Assembly: GCA_038245905.1 (NCBI GenBank)
Contig: JBBRRY010000002.1
Coordinates: 64,001 to 128,000 of the forward strand
Length of the DNA: 64,000 nucleotides
From: Thermoanaerobaculia bacterium
GTDB taxonomy: Bacteria; Acidobacteriota; Thermoanaerobaculia; UBA5066
Direction: 5' to 3'
The translations under genes were made by a program, and so were the position numbers. Each line of letters starts with the position of its first letter. The first letter of the stretch is position 1. This document shows positions 8,692-20,449 of the stretch, piece after piece. The notes under the pieces were generated by a model. It ran no database searches. It was not told the DNA's origin and saw nothing but the letters and a program-made list of their open reading frames with translations.

Positions 8692-8716
8692 GCAAGGGCT
8701 CCGAGCCGAACTCGTG

Positions 8717-9103
8717 TCACTTGGCCTCCGGGACGGCCGCAATCGCCTGGATCTCGATCTGCCAGCCGCCGCGGAACTCGTTGACGGGCACGATCGCGCG
8801 AGCCGGGCGGTGCTCTCCCATGACGCGCGCGTAAACCGCGTTGACGCGGCCCCAGAACGCGGCGTCCGAGATGTAAATCGTCATCTGGAGGACGTGCGCG
8901 AGGTCGCTTCCCGCGGCCGCGAGGACGGCCTCGACGTTTCGGAGCGCACGCTCGGTCTGCTCTTCCAGCGTCTCCGGAAGCGCCTCGGGCCTCGCGGCAT
9001 CCTTCCCGAGCTGCCCGGCGACGTAGACGAGCCCTCCGTGGACGATGCCTTGCGAATAGTGGCCCGCGGGCGCGGGCGCATCCTTCGTGAAGACGGCCTC
9101 CAC
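8717..9103 (-). CDS. RidA/YjgF family protein
   Basis: APAPAGHYSQG, YVAGQ, PARA, IEIQAIA. Confidence 0.9.
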   Translation of the reverse strand: MEAVFTKDAPAPAGHYSQGIVHGGLVYVAGQLGKDAARPEALPETLEEQTERALRNVEAVLAAAGSDLAHVLQMTIYISDAAFWGRVNAVYARVMGEHRPARAIVPVNEFRGGWQIEIQAIAAVPEAK

Positions 9104-9104
9104 G

Positions 9105-10052
9105 TCAGACCTTCTTCTTGAACGCTTCCGTGGCCTCGACGAGCGCGCTCGAAATACCCGGCTCGTCCGCCGCGTGGCCGGCCGCGGGCACGACCACGAG
9201 CCGCGCCTCCGGCCAGGCCGCCGCGAGGTCCCACGCGGACTGCATCGGGCAGACCAGGTCGTAGCGGCCCTGCACGATGACGCACGGCAGCGCGCGCAGG
9301 CACCACGCGCCCTTCAGGAGCTGGTCGTCGCTCTCGAGGAACGTCCCGTTGATGAAGTAGTGGGCCTCGATGCGCGCGAGCGCGATCTCGCGCTGGAGCT
9401 CCTCCGGATCGGGACCCTTCGTGTCCGGGATGAGATGGCTCGCCGTCCCCTCGAAAGCGTTCCACGCGAGTGCGGCCGCCGTTCGCTCCTCCTCGTCCTC
9501 GGAGGTAAGCCGCCGGTGGTATGCGCGCACGATGGAACCGCGCTCGCGCACCGACAGGGGCTCCACGAAGGCCTCCCAGGCATCGGGCCAGATGCGGCGC
9601 ACGCCGTCGGCGAAGCTCCACTCGAGCTCCGACTTACGGGCGAGGAAGATCCCACGAAGGATGAGGCCGGTGACACGCGCGGGATACCTCTCGGCATACG
9701 CCAGGCCCAGCGTCGAGCCCCACGAGCCTCCGAACACGAGCCACTTCTCGATCCCGAGGTGAACGCGGATCTTCTCGGTGTCCGCCACGAGATCCCACGT
9801 CGTGTTCTCGCGCAGCTCGCCGAGCGGCGTCGATTTCCCAGCCCCGCGCTGGTCGAAGAGGATGACCCGCCAGAACGTAGGGTCGAAGAACCGGCGGTGG
9901 ATCGCGGAAACGCCGGCGCCCGGGCCGCCGTGAAAAAAGACGACCGGGGGGCCGGACGGATTGCCCGCTTCCTCGACGTGCAGCTCGTGGAGGTCCGAAA
10001 CGCGCAGCCGATACGTCCGGTTCGGCTCGATCTCGGGAAAGAGAGGCGTCAT
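9105..10052 (-). CDS. pip: Proline iminopeptidase
   Basis: HGGPG, FDQRGAGKSTP, GGSWG nucleophile elbow, QGRYD, AGH. Confidence 0.92.
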   Translation of the reverse strand: MTPLFPEIEPNRTYRLRVSDLHELHVEEAGNPSGPPVVFFHGGPGAGVSAIHRRFFDPTFWRVILFDQRGAGKSTPLGELRENTTWDLVADTEKIRVHLGIEKWLVFGGSWGSTLGLAYAERYPARVTGLILRGIFLARKSELEWSFADGVRRIWPDAWEAFVEPLSVRERGSIVRAYHRRLTSEDEEERTAAALAWNAFEGTASHLIPDTKGPDPEELQREIALARIEAHYFINGTFLESDDQLLKGAWCLRALPCVIVQGRYDLVCPMQSAWDLAAAWPEARLVVVPAAGHAADEPGISSALVEATEAFKKKV

Positions 10053-10077
10053 GAGGGGATTATGAGCGACGCCGCCT

Positions 10078-13000
10078 TCAGGGCGACCCGGCGACCGCGT
10101 CCCAGAAGTCGCATCGGGACGCGCGTACACCCTCTCCCGATGTGGTCACGTTGTCGAGGTCGAGATACGTGTCGAGGGCCGGGTCGTAGCGGGGCCAGAG
10201 CGTCGCGCCAGGTCCGTTCGGGTTTCCGTTCGCGGCGAACCGGGACCAGTACCCGTTCATCGCGTCCGAAAGCGCCCGCTCCCGCGCGGAAGGCGTGAAG
10301 CCAGGAAACTTGTCGAGGGTGCCGAATACGAAAGGGAGCTCCAACGAGTGGTACGCCCCGTACGAGGCGGCGGAGGTGGAATCCAGCGACTTCGTGAAGA
10401 AGTAGCGGAACACGGGCTCGGCCTGCCCGGCCGCGGCCGCGCGCGCGATCCGGCGAGCCGGGCACGTGTAGACCTCGTCGGTCGTCGCCCCGATCCAGGC
10501 CTTCTGCGGCGTCGCGAAGGCGCTCGAGGGGTACTCCGCGAGGACGCGCGCGCCAAGCGTGAATCCATAGAGCGAGAAAATGGCCGACCGATAGGCCGCG
10601 TCTGAGGCGAACGAAGGAGCGTCGAGAGAGGTCTCATCCGCGTTCGCACCGACGAGAAGCGGAACATGGTGGTGTCTGCCGGCCGACAGCGCGTCGAGCG
10701 GGGAGTCGAGGAGGACGAACCCGTCCACGTTGGGGCCGTACGAGTTGACGTCCGGCCGGGCCGCCGACACGAGCGTCTCGGTGCTTTGGGCGCGAAGACA
10801 TGCGACCACGTCGGCCGTGCCCCCGCAACCCGCGGCCTCGACGATCGTCGCGCCGGCCGACTCCGCCTCCGGGAGCGTCGGCTGGCTGCAGTGCCCGCTT
10901 TCGATGAGTGCACGCGTGAAGAGCCCCTTCGCGAGCGGCGAGGCGAGGAGAGAGCAGACATCCTCGCCTCCCGCCGACTCGCCCCCGATGAGCACGCGGT
11001 CCGGGTCGCCTCCGAATGCCGCGATGTTGCGCCGCACCCACTGGAGTGCGGCGATCTGGTCGAGAAGGCCGTCGTTCCCGGAAACACCGTGCGCGCTCTC
11101 GGCGTCGAGGGCGGGGTGCGCGAGAAAGCCGAGCGAGGAAAGCCGGTAGTTGATCGTCACCACGACGACTCCGCTCTTTTCCAGGAAGGTCTGGCCGTCG
11201 TATACCGGGAGACTCCCCGCGCCCTGCACGTTTCCACCGCCGTGAATCCAGAAGACGACGGGAGCGCGCGTGGACGGTGGCGTGGCCCGCGCCCAGACGT
11301 TGAGCACGAGACAGTCTTCCGATCCGACGACCCGTCCTGCGCCGTCCGGCTGTGGGCAGATGCTGCCGAATCCCGACGCGTCGCGGACGGTCGCCCACGG
11401 GTCCGGGGTCACGGGGGGACGGAACCGCAACGGTCCGAGCGGAGGGGCGGCGTATGGAATTCCGCGGTAAACCGCCACCTGGTCGTCGAGGAAACCGCGC
11501 ACCGTGCCTCCCGACGTCGGCACGACGGCCGGGACGGGTGCGACGTCGAGCGTGAGCGCGGCCATCCCCGTGCCGCAGGAATTCGCCGCGAAAAGCCGAT
11601 AGGTCGTCAAGGCCGCGGGAGTCAGCGTGAGGGTGCCGTCGGGCGCCGACGCGAACCCGCCCGGCTCGGCGCGCACGGCGGCGCCGCCCGCGGAGAGGAA
11701 GACCGTCACGGGCGTTCCCGGCGTCGCCCGCGCCGGCGAGATCGCGAGCACGACGATCGAGGGCACCGCGCAGGCAGGAGGTTTCGCAAGCGTCGGGGTC
11801 ACCACGGCGTCGCCCGTGACGTTGTCGATGACGCTCGCGTAAGCGTCGGCGGCCCCCGCCGTCACCACGACGTCGACGCGCGTTCCCCGTGGCGCGCTCG
11901 CGACCTCGAACCATCCACCGAGACTCTGCTGCCGCCACTCGGTCGGCCTGAGGGAAAAAGCCGCGCTTGCGATCCGGGCGCCGGAAAGGTCGCGGAGCAC
12001 GAGCAGACCGCTTGCACCCACCGGACCGCCGAGCAGGGCGACGTTCGTCCTGAAGCCTGGCGAAGCCCCGGAATGCGACAGCCCAGGGAGCGTGGCCTCG
12101 CGCCCCGCCGGGACGAGGCCGGTCGTCCAGGCAATGGCGCGTAAGCCCGCGCTGAACCCGCCCGGGCGGACGCCCGTGGGATCCACATTGCTCGTGCGCC
12201 CCGCCGCGAGGAACGGCGCGGATGCCCGAAGGAGGATCGCGCCGGCGACGCCATCCCCCAGAGCGAAGCCACCCGGTCCGAGGACGTCGTCGATCTTCAG
12301 CAGAGAGCGCGGCGGCAGAGTGCGTGTGAAGGAGGACGCCGCTGGGAGGCCGACCGGTGTGAACGTAACGACGAGCGGAGCCAGCCCGGGGTTGAAGACC
12401 GCAAGATCCGTCGACCAGTGCGTTCCGTTCAGGCCGCCGGCACGCGCCGCACCGTCCAGGAGGATGTCGCCCGGCTCGAACGGCATCCGCTCGGCGAGAA
12501 CGGCGATGCCGTCTCCCGTGACGTTGTCGACGACGGACGTGAAGCCGGTCGCGCGGCCGCGCGTGACCTCCACGGTGACACGACCCGTTGCCAGCTCCGG
12601 GCCGGCGGCGAAATCGGCCACCGAAGCCTGCCACGTGACCGGATTCGCCGAGGCAACCCGAGTCGAGCCTCGCGGGAAACCCGATTCGTCCCAGAGCGTC
12701 ACGATCGCCTCGCTGTCGGAATCGAGGAGGGCGACGTTCACGTTCGTGCGGTAACCGCGCAAGGGGTCGGTGGAATTCGAGAGCCAGATCGCATGGCCCG
12801 TCTCCCCCGCCCGGAGCGTCCCCGAGTCGCCCACAGCCGTCAGTCCGACGCCATACGTCGCCGCGGGATCCTTCACGTTCGCCGTCGTTCCGCGCACGAC
12901 GACCGGAGCGTCGCTCAGAATCGTGAGCGTGCCGAACGTGCCTTCGAGGCCGAACAAATCCGAAAGTGCGTTCGAGAAGGCCAGGGACTCACCTGCCAGG

Positions 13001-13248
13001 AGGACCCGCGTGAGAGGAGCCGGGGCGGGGATGCCTCCCGAGGGGACGAGCCCGATCCGGACGGTCGTCTCGACCGGGCCGGGATTCACGAGATACACGC
13101 TCGAGTGAAAGAGCGTCCCATTCTGCCCGCCTGTATTCGCGACGCCGGGAAGAAAGAGCGTGGCGGCGGGCGCCGCGGAAGCCAGACCGGCGAGGCAAGC
13201 GGCGCTCACGAGGCGGCTCACGACGGGTTGGACGCCTCCTGAGCGCAT
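10078..13248 (-). CDS. Secreted carboxylesterase (type B) with two tandem N-terminal repeat modules
   Basis: Signal peptide; repeated blocks (GGQNGT..SSVYLVNPG / GGLNGT..TDLAVFNPG; YRTNV/FRTNV; SVVDNVTGD/SVIDNVTGD); COesterase motifs GIPYAAPP, SEDCL, HGGG, GESAG, YHSLE. Confidence 0.85.
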   Translation of the reverse strand: MRSGGVQPVVSRLVSAACLAGLASAAPAATLFLPGVANTGGQNGTLFHSSVYLVNPGPVETTVRIGLVPSGGIPAPAPLTRVLLAGESLAFSNALSDLFGLEGTFGTLTILSDAPVVVRGTTANVKDPAATYGVGLTAVGDSGTLRAGETGHAIWLSNSTDPLRGYRTNVNVALLDSDSEAIVTLWDESGFPRGSTRVASANPVTWQASVADFAAGPELATGRVTVEVTRGRATGFTSVVDNVTGDGIAVLAERMPFEPGDILLDGAARAGGLNGTHWSTDLAVFNPGLAPLVVTFTPVGLPAASSFTRTLPPRSLLKIDDVLGPGGFALGDGVAGAILLRASAPFLAAGRTSNVDPTGVRPGGFSAGLRAIAWTTGLVPAGREATLPGLSHSGASPGFRTNVALLGGPVGASGLLVLRDLSGARIASAAFSLRPTEWRQQSLGGWFEVASAPRGTRVDVVVTAGAADAYASVIDNVTGDAVVTPTLAKPPACAVPSIVVLAISPARATPGTPVTVFLSAGGAAVRAEPGGFASAPDGTLTLTPAALTTYRLFAANSCGTGMAALTLDVAPVPAVVPTSGGTVRGFLDDQVAVYRGIPYAAPPLGPLRFRPPVTPDPWATVRDASGFGSICPQPDGAGRVVGSEDCLVLNVWARATPPSTRAPVVFWIHGGGNVQGAGSLPVYDGQTFLEKSGVVVVTINYRLSSLGFLAHPALDAESAHGVSGNDGLLDQIAALQWVRRNIAAFGGDPDRVLIGGESAGGEDVCSLLASPLAKGLFTRALIESGHCSQPTLPEAESAGATIVEAAGCGGTADVVACLRAQSTETLVSAARPDVNSYGPNVDGFVLLDSPLDALSAGRHHHVPLLVGANADETSLDAPSFASDAAYRSAIFSLYGFTLGARVLAEYPSSAFATPQKAWIGATTDEVYTCPARRIARAAAAGQAEPVFRYFFTKSLDSTSAASYGAYHSLELPFVFGTLDKFPGFTPSARERALSDAMNGYWSRFAANGNPNGPGATLWPRYDPALDTYLDLDNVTTSGEGVRASRCDFWDAVAGSP

Positions 13249-13260
13249 GAACCGGTGAGC

Positions 13261-14778
13261 CTATTCGATTCCGAAAAAGGCGCGAATCTTCGCGAGCGTG
13301 AGGGACTGCGACCGCTCCATCCTGAGGCGCTTGGCCTCTTCCGAGAGTCCCTCGCGAACGGCCGCGAGCGCCGCGTCCCGCTCCGCCACCAGCTTCGCGA
13401 TCGCATCCGCGACCGCGGGGCGCTTCTCGAGGATCTCCTTGAAGTGACTCTTCTCGACGCGCCAGGCCTCGGCGTCCGTTAGGGCAAGGACCGTCGCCTT
13501 GCGCGGCTCGCCCGTGAGGAGGCCCATCTCGCCGAAGAAATCGGGTGCCTGGAGCGTCGCGACGCTGCGCGGCGTCCCGCCGTCCACGGACACGCGAACC
13601 TCGACGTGGCCCTTCGTGAGGACGTAAAGGTGATGACCCTCGGCTCCCTGGACGACGAGCGATTCCCCTGCGGCGAATGGGGTGAACGCGATCGTGCTCG
13701 CGAGTCCCTCGCGCTCCTCCGGCGTCAACGGCGAGAAGATGGACACCCGCTCGAGCAGGGCGCGCCGCGCGCCGCGATCGGCGTCGAGGGCCCGGGCGCG
13801 GCTCTCGGCGTCGTCGGGCGTGAGGACGACGTGGCGGACCGGGAAAGAGAGATGGAGGCCGGCGCGCCGGAGCGCGAACCAGATCCTTGCCCTCACGATC
13901 GAATCCGTCGCGTCAGCGCGAAACATGTCCGTGAGCCAGTAGCGGACCGCGAATCGCGAGGAGCTCTCCGCGAAGTCGATGAAGACGCATTCCGGCGGAG
14001 GCTCCGGGTCGACATCCGGCACGGCGTCGCGCCGCAGGGCCTCCTCGACGTGCGCGATCACCTCCGTCGGGGGCGCCCCCGACTCCACGTTGAAAAAGAC
14101 CCAGCGGCGCTCGGTGTCGATGGCCCCCATCCCGCGGCCGCGGACCGTCACCGCGTTCTTCATGAAGAGCGCGTTCGGGACGACGACGAGATCGCGGTTG
14201 CGCGTCTCGATCGAGGTCTGTCGCCAGCCGATCTCGCGCACGAGACCGGTCGTGTCGCCAAGGGTCACCCAGTCGCCCGCCTTGACGGACCCGTCGAGCT
14301 GTAGGGCGAGGCCGCCCATGACATTTCCGAGCGTGTCCTGCAGCGCCCAGCCGAGAACCGCGGTCAGGACCGCCGACGTCGCGACGATGCCGGCGACCTC
14401 GACGCGCCCCGACGAGAGGACCGCGAGCGTCGCGGCGACGCTGCCCGCGGCGATCGCGAGATCGCGGAGGATGCGGGGCGGGCGCATTTTCACGAGCGGC
14501 AGGAAGACGTCGAAGAACAGCGTCCCCGCGAGCGCAACGGCGGCGATCGCGGCGATCGCGCGCCCCGTGAGATCGAGGGCGGGCGCGGCCGCGGACAGGC
14601 CGACCTCGGGGGCGAGGTGGGCGGCCGCGTGGACGACGAAGCCCAGAACGCCGAGGAGCAAAACCCTCAGGACGCGGCGCCGCTCGCGGCGGTCGGCCAG
14701 CGCCACGAAGACCGCGGCGGCGCCGAACGCGAGTGCGTCCCGGAGGACGGAGTGGGTCAGGAAGGGCTCTGAAGTCAA
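13261..14778 (-). CDS. MscS-family mechanosensitive channel with C-terminal cNMP-binding domain
   Basis: LGWALQDTLGNVMGG, GDWV, VPN MscS motifs; FFGEMGLLTGEPRKATV cNMP motif. Confidence 0.9.
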   Translation of the reverse strand: MTSEPFLTHSVLRDALAFGAAAVFVALADRRERRRVLRVLLLGVLGFVVHAAAHLAPEVGLSAAAPALDLTGRAIAAIAAVALAGTLFFDVFLPLVKMRPPRILRDLAIAAGSVAATLAVLSSGRVEVAGIVATSAVLTAVLGWALQDTLGNVMGGLALQLDGSVKAGDWVTLGDTTGLVREIGWRQTSIETRNRDLVVVPNALFMKNAVTVRGRGMGAIDTERRWVFFNVESGAPPTEVIAHVEEALRRDAVPDVDPEPPPECVFIDFAESSSRFAVRYWLTDMFRADATDSIVRARIWFALRRAGLHLSFPVRHVVLTPDDAESRARALDADRGARRALLERVSIFSPLTPEEREGLASTIAFTPFAAGESLVVQGAEGHHLYVLTKGHVEVRVSVDGGTPRSVATLQAPDFFGEMGLLTGEPRKATVLALTDAEAWRVEKSHFKEILEKRPAVADAIAKLVAERDAALAAVREGLSEEAKRLRMERSQSLTLAKIRAFFGIE

Positions 14779-14804
14779 GAGAAGGCGATTATGCCCGGAG
14801 CGGC

Positions 14805-15956
14805 CTACGCCCCTTCCCGCGCGAGGCTCACGACCGGCCGGCCCGAGAGGCTGATGGCGGGGACGAGAGAGGAAAGGACCGCGACGAACAGGGACAACCC
14901 CGCGACGACCGCGACCATCGTGGCGTCGGCCCTCAGCAGCGCGCCGATTCCCGCGAACTGCGAGTCGGAGATCGCCCTCTCGACGAGCCGTGCGAACAGG
15001 CTCATGAATCCGACCGCGAGGATCGCCCCCGCAGCTCCGAAGAACGCGCCCTCGAGGACGAGCAACTGAAGCACGGTCTGCCGGGGGAAACCAAGGATTC
15101 TCAGCAGGGCCGCCTCACCCCGCCTCTCGCGGGCCGACATCGCGAGCGTGTTGCTCGTGATGAGGAAGAGCGTGAACGCGGTCGCGAGGCCGATCCCCCC
15201 GAGGAGCGCCTGTACGTTGCCGAGCATGTCCATGAACATGAGCTGCCACTGCTTCTCGCTCATGGCCCGGATCGGAACGGGCGAGTTTTCCAGACGGCGC
15301 TCGATCTCGGCCGTGACGCGCGCGACGTCCGGCCTGGATTTCGCGAGGATCCAGTACATCCCGACCTGCCCCGCGTCCCCCGTCACGTTCTCGTAGTACT
15401 TGCGGTGGACGTAGAGGCCATTGTCGAGCTTGTACGCCATGATCCCGCGGATCGTCGTCTCGACGACGCCGCCCGCCACGGGCGCCTTGAGGACGACCCG
15501 GTCCCCGATCTTCCAGCCGTGCTGCTTCGCGAGAATCGGACCGATCACGCACCCCGTCGGGTCGGCCTTCCACGCGGCCACCTGGTCGGGTGGGATCTTC
15601 GCCTCTATGTAGACCTCGAGAAACGCGTCAGCTGGAGCCGCCTGGAACGGGACCATGTTCTCGGGCCGATCGTCTTTCCACTGCGTCATGAGGAAGTCGA
15701 ACGGGCAGACGCGCTGGACGCCGGGAACGTCTTCGAGCTTCGCGAGGTAAGCCATCGGAAGCCTCTCGAACATGGACGTCTTCGCCATGACCATCGCGCG
15801 GCGGCCCATGTTCTCGGACCAGTCGTTCTTGAGCGCCCCGTTCACGAGGTAGAGAAAGCCCACCAGACCCGCGGAGAGGCCGATCGCGAGGGCCGTCAGC
15901 GCGCTCCGCAAGGGGCGGCTCGTCACGTGTCGGTAGGCGAGGCGAACAGGGGTCAT
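14805..15956 (-). CDS. MacB/FtsX-family ABC transporter permease
   Basis: RPLRSALT N-terminus, NTLAMSARERRGE..LRILGF, LEGA; ATG at 15956 overlaps the upstream stop. Confidence 0.8.
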   Translation of the reverse strand: MTPVRLAYRHVTSRPLRSALTALAIGLSAGLVGFLYLVNGALKNDWSENMGRRAMVMAKTSMFERLPMAYLAKLEDVPGVQRVCPFDFLMTQWKDDRPENMVPFQAAPADAFLEVYIEAKIPPDQVAAWKADPTGCVIGPILAKQHGWKIGDRVVLKAPVAGGVVETTIRGIMAYKLDNGLYVHRKYYENVTGDAGQVGMYWILAKSRPDVARVTAEIERRLENSPVPIRAMSEKQWQLMFMDMLGNVQALLGGIGLATAFTLFLITSNTLAMSARERRGEAALLRILGFPRQTVLQLLVLEGAFFGAAGAILAVGFMSLFARLVERAISDSQFAGIGALLRADATMVAVVAGLSLFVAVLSSLVPAISLSGRPVVSLAREGA

Positions 15957-17014
15957 GCGACGGGCTCTATTCTCAGCGTGGATCCCCGAATCGTCTCGAT
16001 GAAACGCGCTCCGAACGCGAGCGACGGCGTGTGGACCCCCGGCGGCACGGAACCGGCGAGGACGCGCTTCGCGATCGCGACCGACGTCTCCGCCGTCAGC
16101 CCGTAGCCCTCCAGCGTCTCGAGCGCGCCGGTCACGGAGCGCCCGCCCTTCGTGACGCGCCCCCACAGGAACGAGCGCTCCCGCTCGCGCTCCTCGGCCG
16201 TCGGGCCCTTCACGTTTCGCTCGATACGCCTCATGAGGAAGGACTGCACGAGAGGCAGGCCGAGGACGGGGGCAAACCGGCGCATGCGCCGCGCGTTCGC
16301 GACCGCCGAGGGTGGGACCGCCATGTAGACCTCGATGTTCGGGATCCCGGTCGACCGCCAGGCGGTCGCGAGGTCGCCCCACGGAATCGTCATCGCGAGG
16401 CGGGGTTTGTCCGGAAGCGGGACGTCCATCGTCTTCCATGCCGACGGCACTCTCGTGAGCTTCCCTTCGACTCGCACGAGTCCGCCCTTGTGGGCCCCCT
16501 CGACCATCGTCTTCATCGTCCCCGCGCTCGGCTTGAAGCCCCGGAAAGCGAGCGTGAGCGTCTCCGCCCCCGGCAGGGCTTCCGAGAGCGCCTTCGCGAG
16601 GCAGTCCGACGGCACGACGTCGAACCCCGTGCCCGGAAGCACAGAGATTCCCGCCTTCTTCGCGTCCGCGTCGCGTGCGAACGCGGCCTCGAATACCGCG
16701 ACCTCGCCCGTGATGTCGAGATAGGCGGTCCGTGCGCGGAGGCACGCGTCGAGCGCCGGGGCGCTCGTTTTCGAAAACGGTCCCGCCGCGAGGAGCAGCG
16801 CGGAAAACGGCTCGAGCAGACGCGCCACGGTGCCGGGATCCTCGAGGCCGAAACAGAGGCTCTTCAGACCGTGCGCCTTCGCGATCGGCTCGACGGCCGC
16901 CGCGCTTCGGCCCGCGAGGATGGGCCGAAGCCCCTCGCGCAGCGCGACTTCGAGAATGAGCTTCCCCGTGTAGCCGTTCGCGCCGTAGAGCAGCAGGCCC
17001 GACTTTTCGGTCAT
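15953..17014 (-). CDS. Saccharopine dehydrogenase-like NAD(P)-binding oxidoreductase
   Basis: YGANGYTG, AGPF, YLDITGE, GFDVVPSD. Confidence 0.85.
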   Translation of the reverse strand: MTEKSGLLLYGANGYTGKLILEVALREGLRPILAGRSAAAVEPIAKAHGLKSLCFGLEDPGTVARLLEPFSALLLAAGPFSKTSAPALDACLRARTAYLDITGEVAVFEAAFARDADAKKAGISVLPGTGFDVVPSDCLAKALSEALPGAETLTLAFRGFKPSAGTMKTMVEGAHKGGLVRVEGKLTRVPSAWKTMDVPLPDKPRLAMTIPWGDLATAWRSTGIPNIEVYMAVPPSAVANARRMRRFAPVLGLPLVQSFLMRRIERNVKGPTAEERERERSFLWGRVTKGGRSVTGALETLEGYGLTAETSVAIAKRVLAGSVPPGVHTPSLAFGARFIETIRGSTLRIEPVA

Positions 17015-18423
17015 GAGGGGGTTCCTTCCAGAGAGCCGGGCGCGCTTCCCAGCCGCACGCCGCAGACGTTCGTGAGATCACGGCACGCGTCGACCTCGTC
17101 CTCGGCGCCGCGCGCCGCCTCGTCGGACAGAACGTACCGGAATCCCTCGTCCTGAGGAAACACGATCCCGTTTTCGAGGACACGGCGCGGCCCACCGACG
17201 CCGAAGAGGCCGGAGTCCATCACGATCCACATCCAGTCGGCCTCGCGGGCGAGACCAGCGTGGGCCAGGACGTCGCCGAGGCGGAATGCGGGGATGGAGG
17301 AGAGAGAAGAGTCGCTTGCTGAAGAGGGGGAAGGAGAGAAAGAGATTTTCTTAGAAAGGGATCGAGAGAGAGCCTCGAAGCCTCTTGGGTCGAATGCGCG
17401 CGTAGCGCCCTTCCCGTCTTCGAGCGTCAGGAGCGGGGCATCCGCGGGCACGAGCGCGTCCGCCAGCACTCTTTCCCATTCAAAGAAATCCCCGGTTCCC
17501 TCCCCCGTCTCCGGGTCCTTCAGGATCACGTCCACCCGGCTGTCGCGCCGCCACGACGTCGGCTCGCTCGTGAGCCTTCCGCCCGCGATCTCGTGGAGCC
17601 TCCAGCCCGCCGTCGTGTGAAAGAGGCCCTTGGCGCGTGCGACGCGCCCCTTCGTGAGCGTACCTGCGCGGAGCGCTTCGAGGGCGGCCATGAGGCGATC
17701 CGCGTCGAAGACCCTCTCCGGCGGGTACGCAACGCCCTTCCCGACATGTCCCTCGGAGGAATTCGGATTTCCATGGAGGTGGTGTGGCGCCGGCGTCTCG
17801 AGAAGGGTCGCGGCGGCAGCGGTCGCGGGGCGCTCGAGATCCCAGACCTCGTCGGGGAGGATGGCGTGCTTCGCCCGCACGATCAGCAGCTTCGGCGGCG
17901 CCAACGCGCGGACGAACTCTTCACTTCTAAGAATCTCTTCTTCCGAGGCGACATCGCAGCGATTTACGACGATCACGTCGGCAACGTCGATCTGGTCCCG
18001 GAAGAGCGCGCTCTCCGCGTAGGCCTTCGCGAGGTCCTGCTGAGGGTCGAGGATCGTGATGACGGGGCGGACGTCGAAGCGGTTCGCCCAGCGCGGGCCG
18101 CGCAGGAGGTCGACGAGCTCGGACGGCCTCGCGAGCCCGGTCGGCTCGAGGACGAAACGCGTCGGCGCCACGAGGTCGGAAACCTCTTCGAGGGAGGCCT
18201 CGAGGTCGGCCATCGCGGTGCAGCAGACGCACCCCCCCGGCACTTCTCGGAGGATGCAGCTTGCGCAGTCCGACAGGAGCGCGCCATCCACGCCGAGCGT
18301 CCCGAATTCGTTCACGACGACCGCGATCCGCTCGCGATCGGCCCGGCGCGCGAGGAGATTCTTGACCGCGGTGGTCTTCCCGGCGCCCAGGAACCCCGAC
18401 AGCACGTGGAATGGAATCCTCAC
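17011..18423 (-). CDS. COG0523/CobW-family G3E metallochaperone GTPase with C-terminal extension
   Basis: GFLGAGKTT, VNEFG, GCVCC, EPTGLA, RAKG. Confidence 0.88.
   Translation of the reverse strand: MRIPFHVLSGFLGAGKTTAVKNLLARRADRERIAVVVNEFGTLGVDGALLSDCASCILREVPGGCVCCTAMADLEASLEEVSDLVAPTRFVLEPTGLARPSELVDLLRGPRWANRFDVRPVITILDPQQDLAKAYAESALFRDQIDVADVIVVNRCDVASEEEILRSEEFVRALAPPKLLIVRAKHAILPDEVWDLERPATAAAATLLETPAPHHLHGNPNSSEGHVGKGVAYPPERVFDADRLMAALEALRAGTLTKGRVARAKGLFHTTAGWRLHEIAGGRLTSEPTSWRRDSRVDVILKDPETGEGTGDFFEWERVLADALVPADAPLLTLEDGKGATRAFDPRGFEALSRSLSKKISFSPSPSSASDSSLSSIPAFRLGDVLAHAGLAREADWMWIVMDSGLFGVGGPRRVLENGIVFPQDEGFRYVLSDEAARGAEDEVDACRDLTNVCGVRLGSAPGSLEGTPS
17316..17492. repeat. Intragenic AT-rich inverted motif pair, copy B
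   Basis: GAGATTTTCTTAGAAAGGG (17342-17360) and CCATTCAAAGAAATCCC (17476-17492); an extra reversed copy lies at 17924-17940. Confidence 0.6.
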
Positions 18424-18487
18424 AGGATCATCCTACCGCCGAAATTTAGGGCACGAACCAGCCTTCCCTTCCCGTAAGATTCGCGCG

Positions 18488-20443
<1,956 letters not shown>

Positions 20444-20449
20444 CCCCGC

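Noticed and set aside
14805-17195. Apparent long N-terminal extensions or fusions in the ORF track (also 27233-29272, 57785-60271, 18056-20443, 1995-3890)
   Set aside because: The extensions run through neighbouring genes in other frames; real starts are supported by stop/start overlaps, RBSs or -10 elements.
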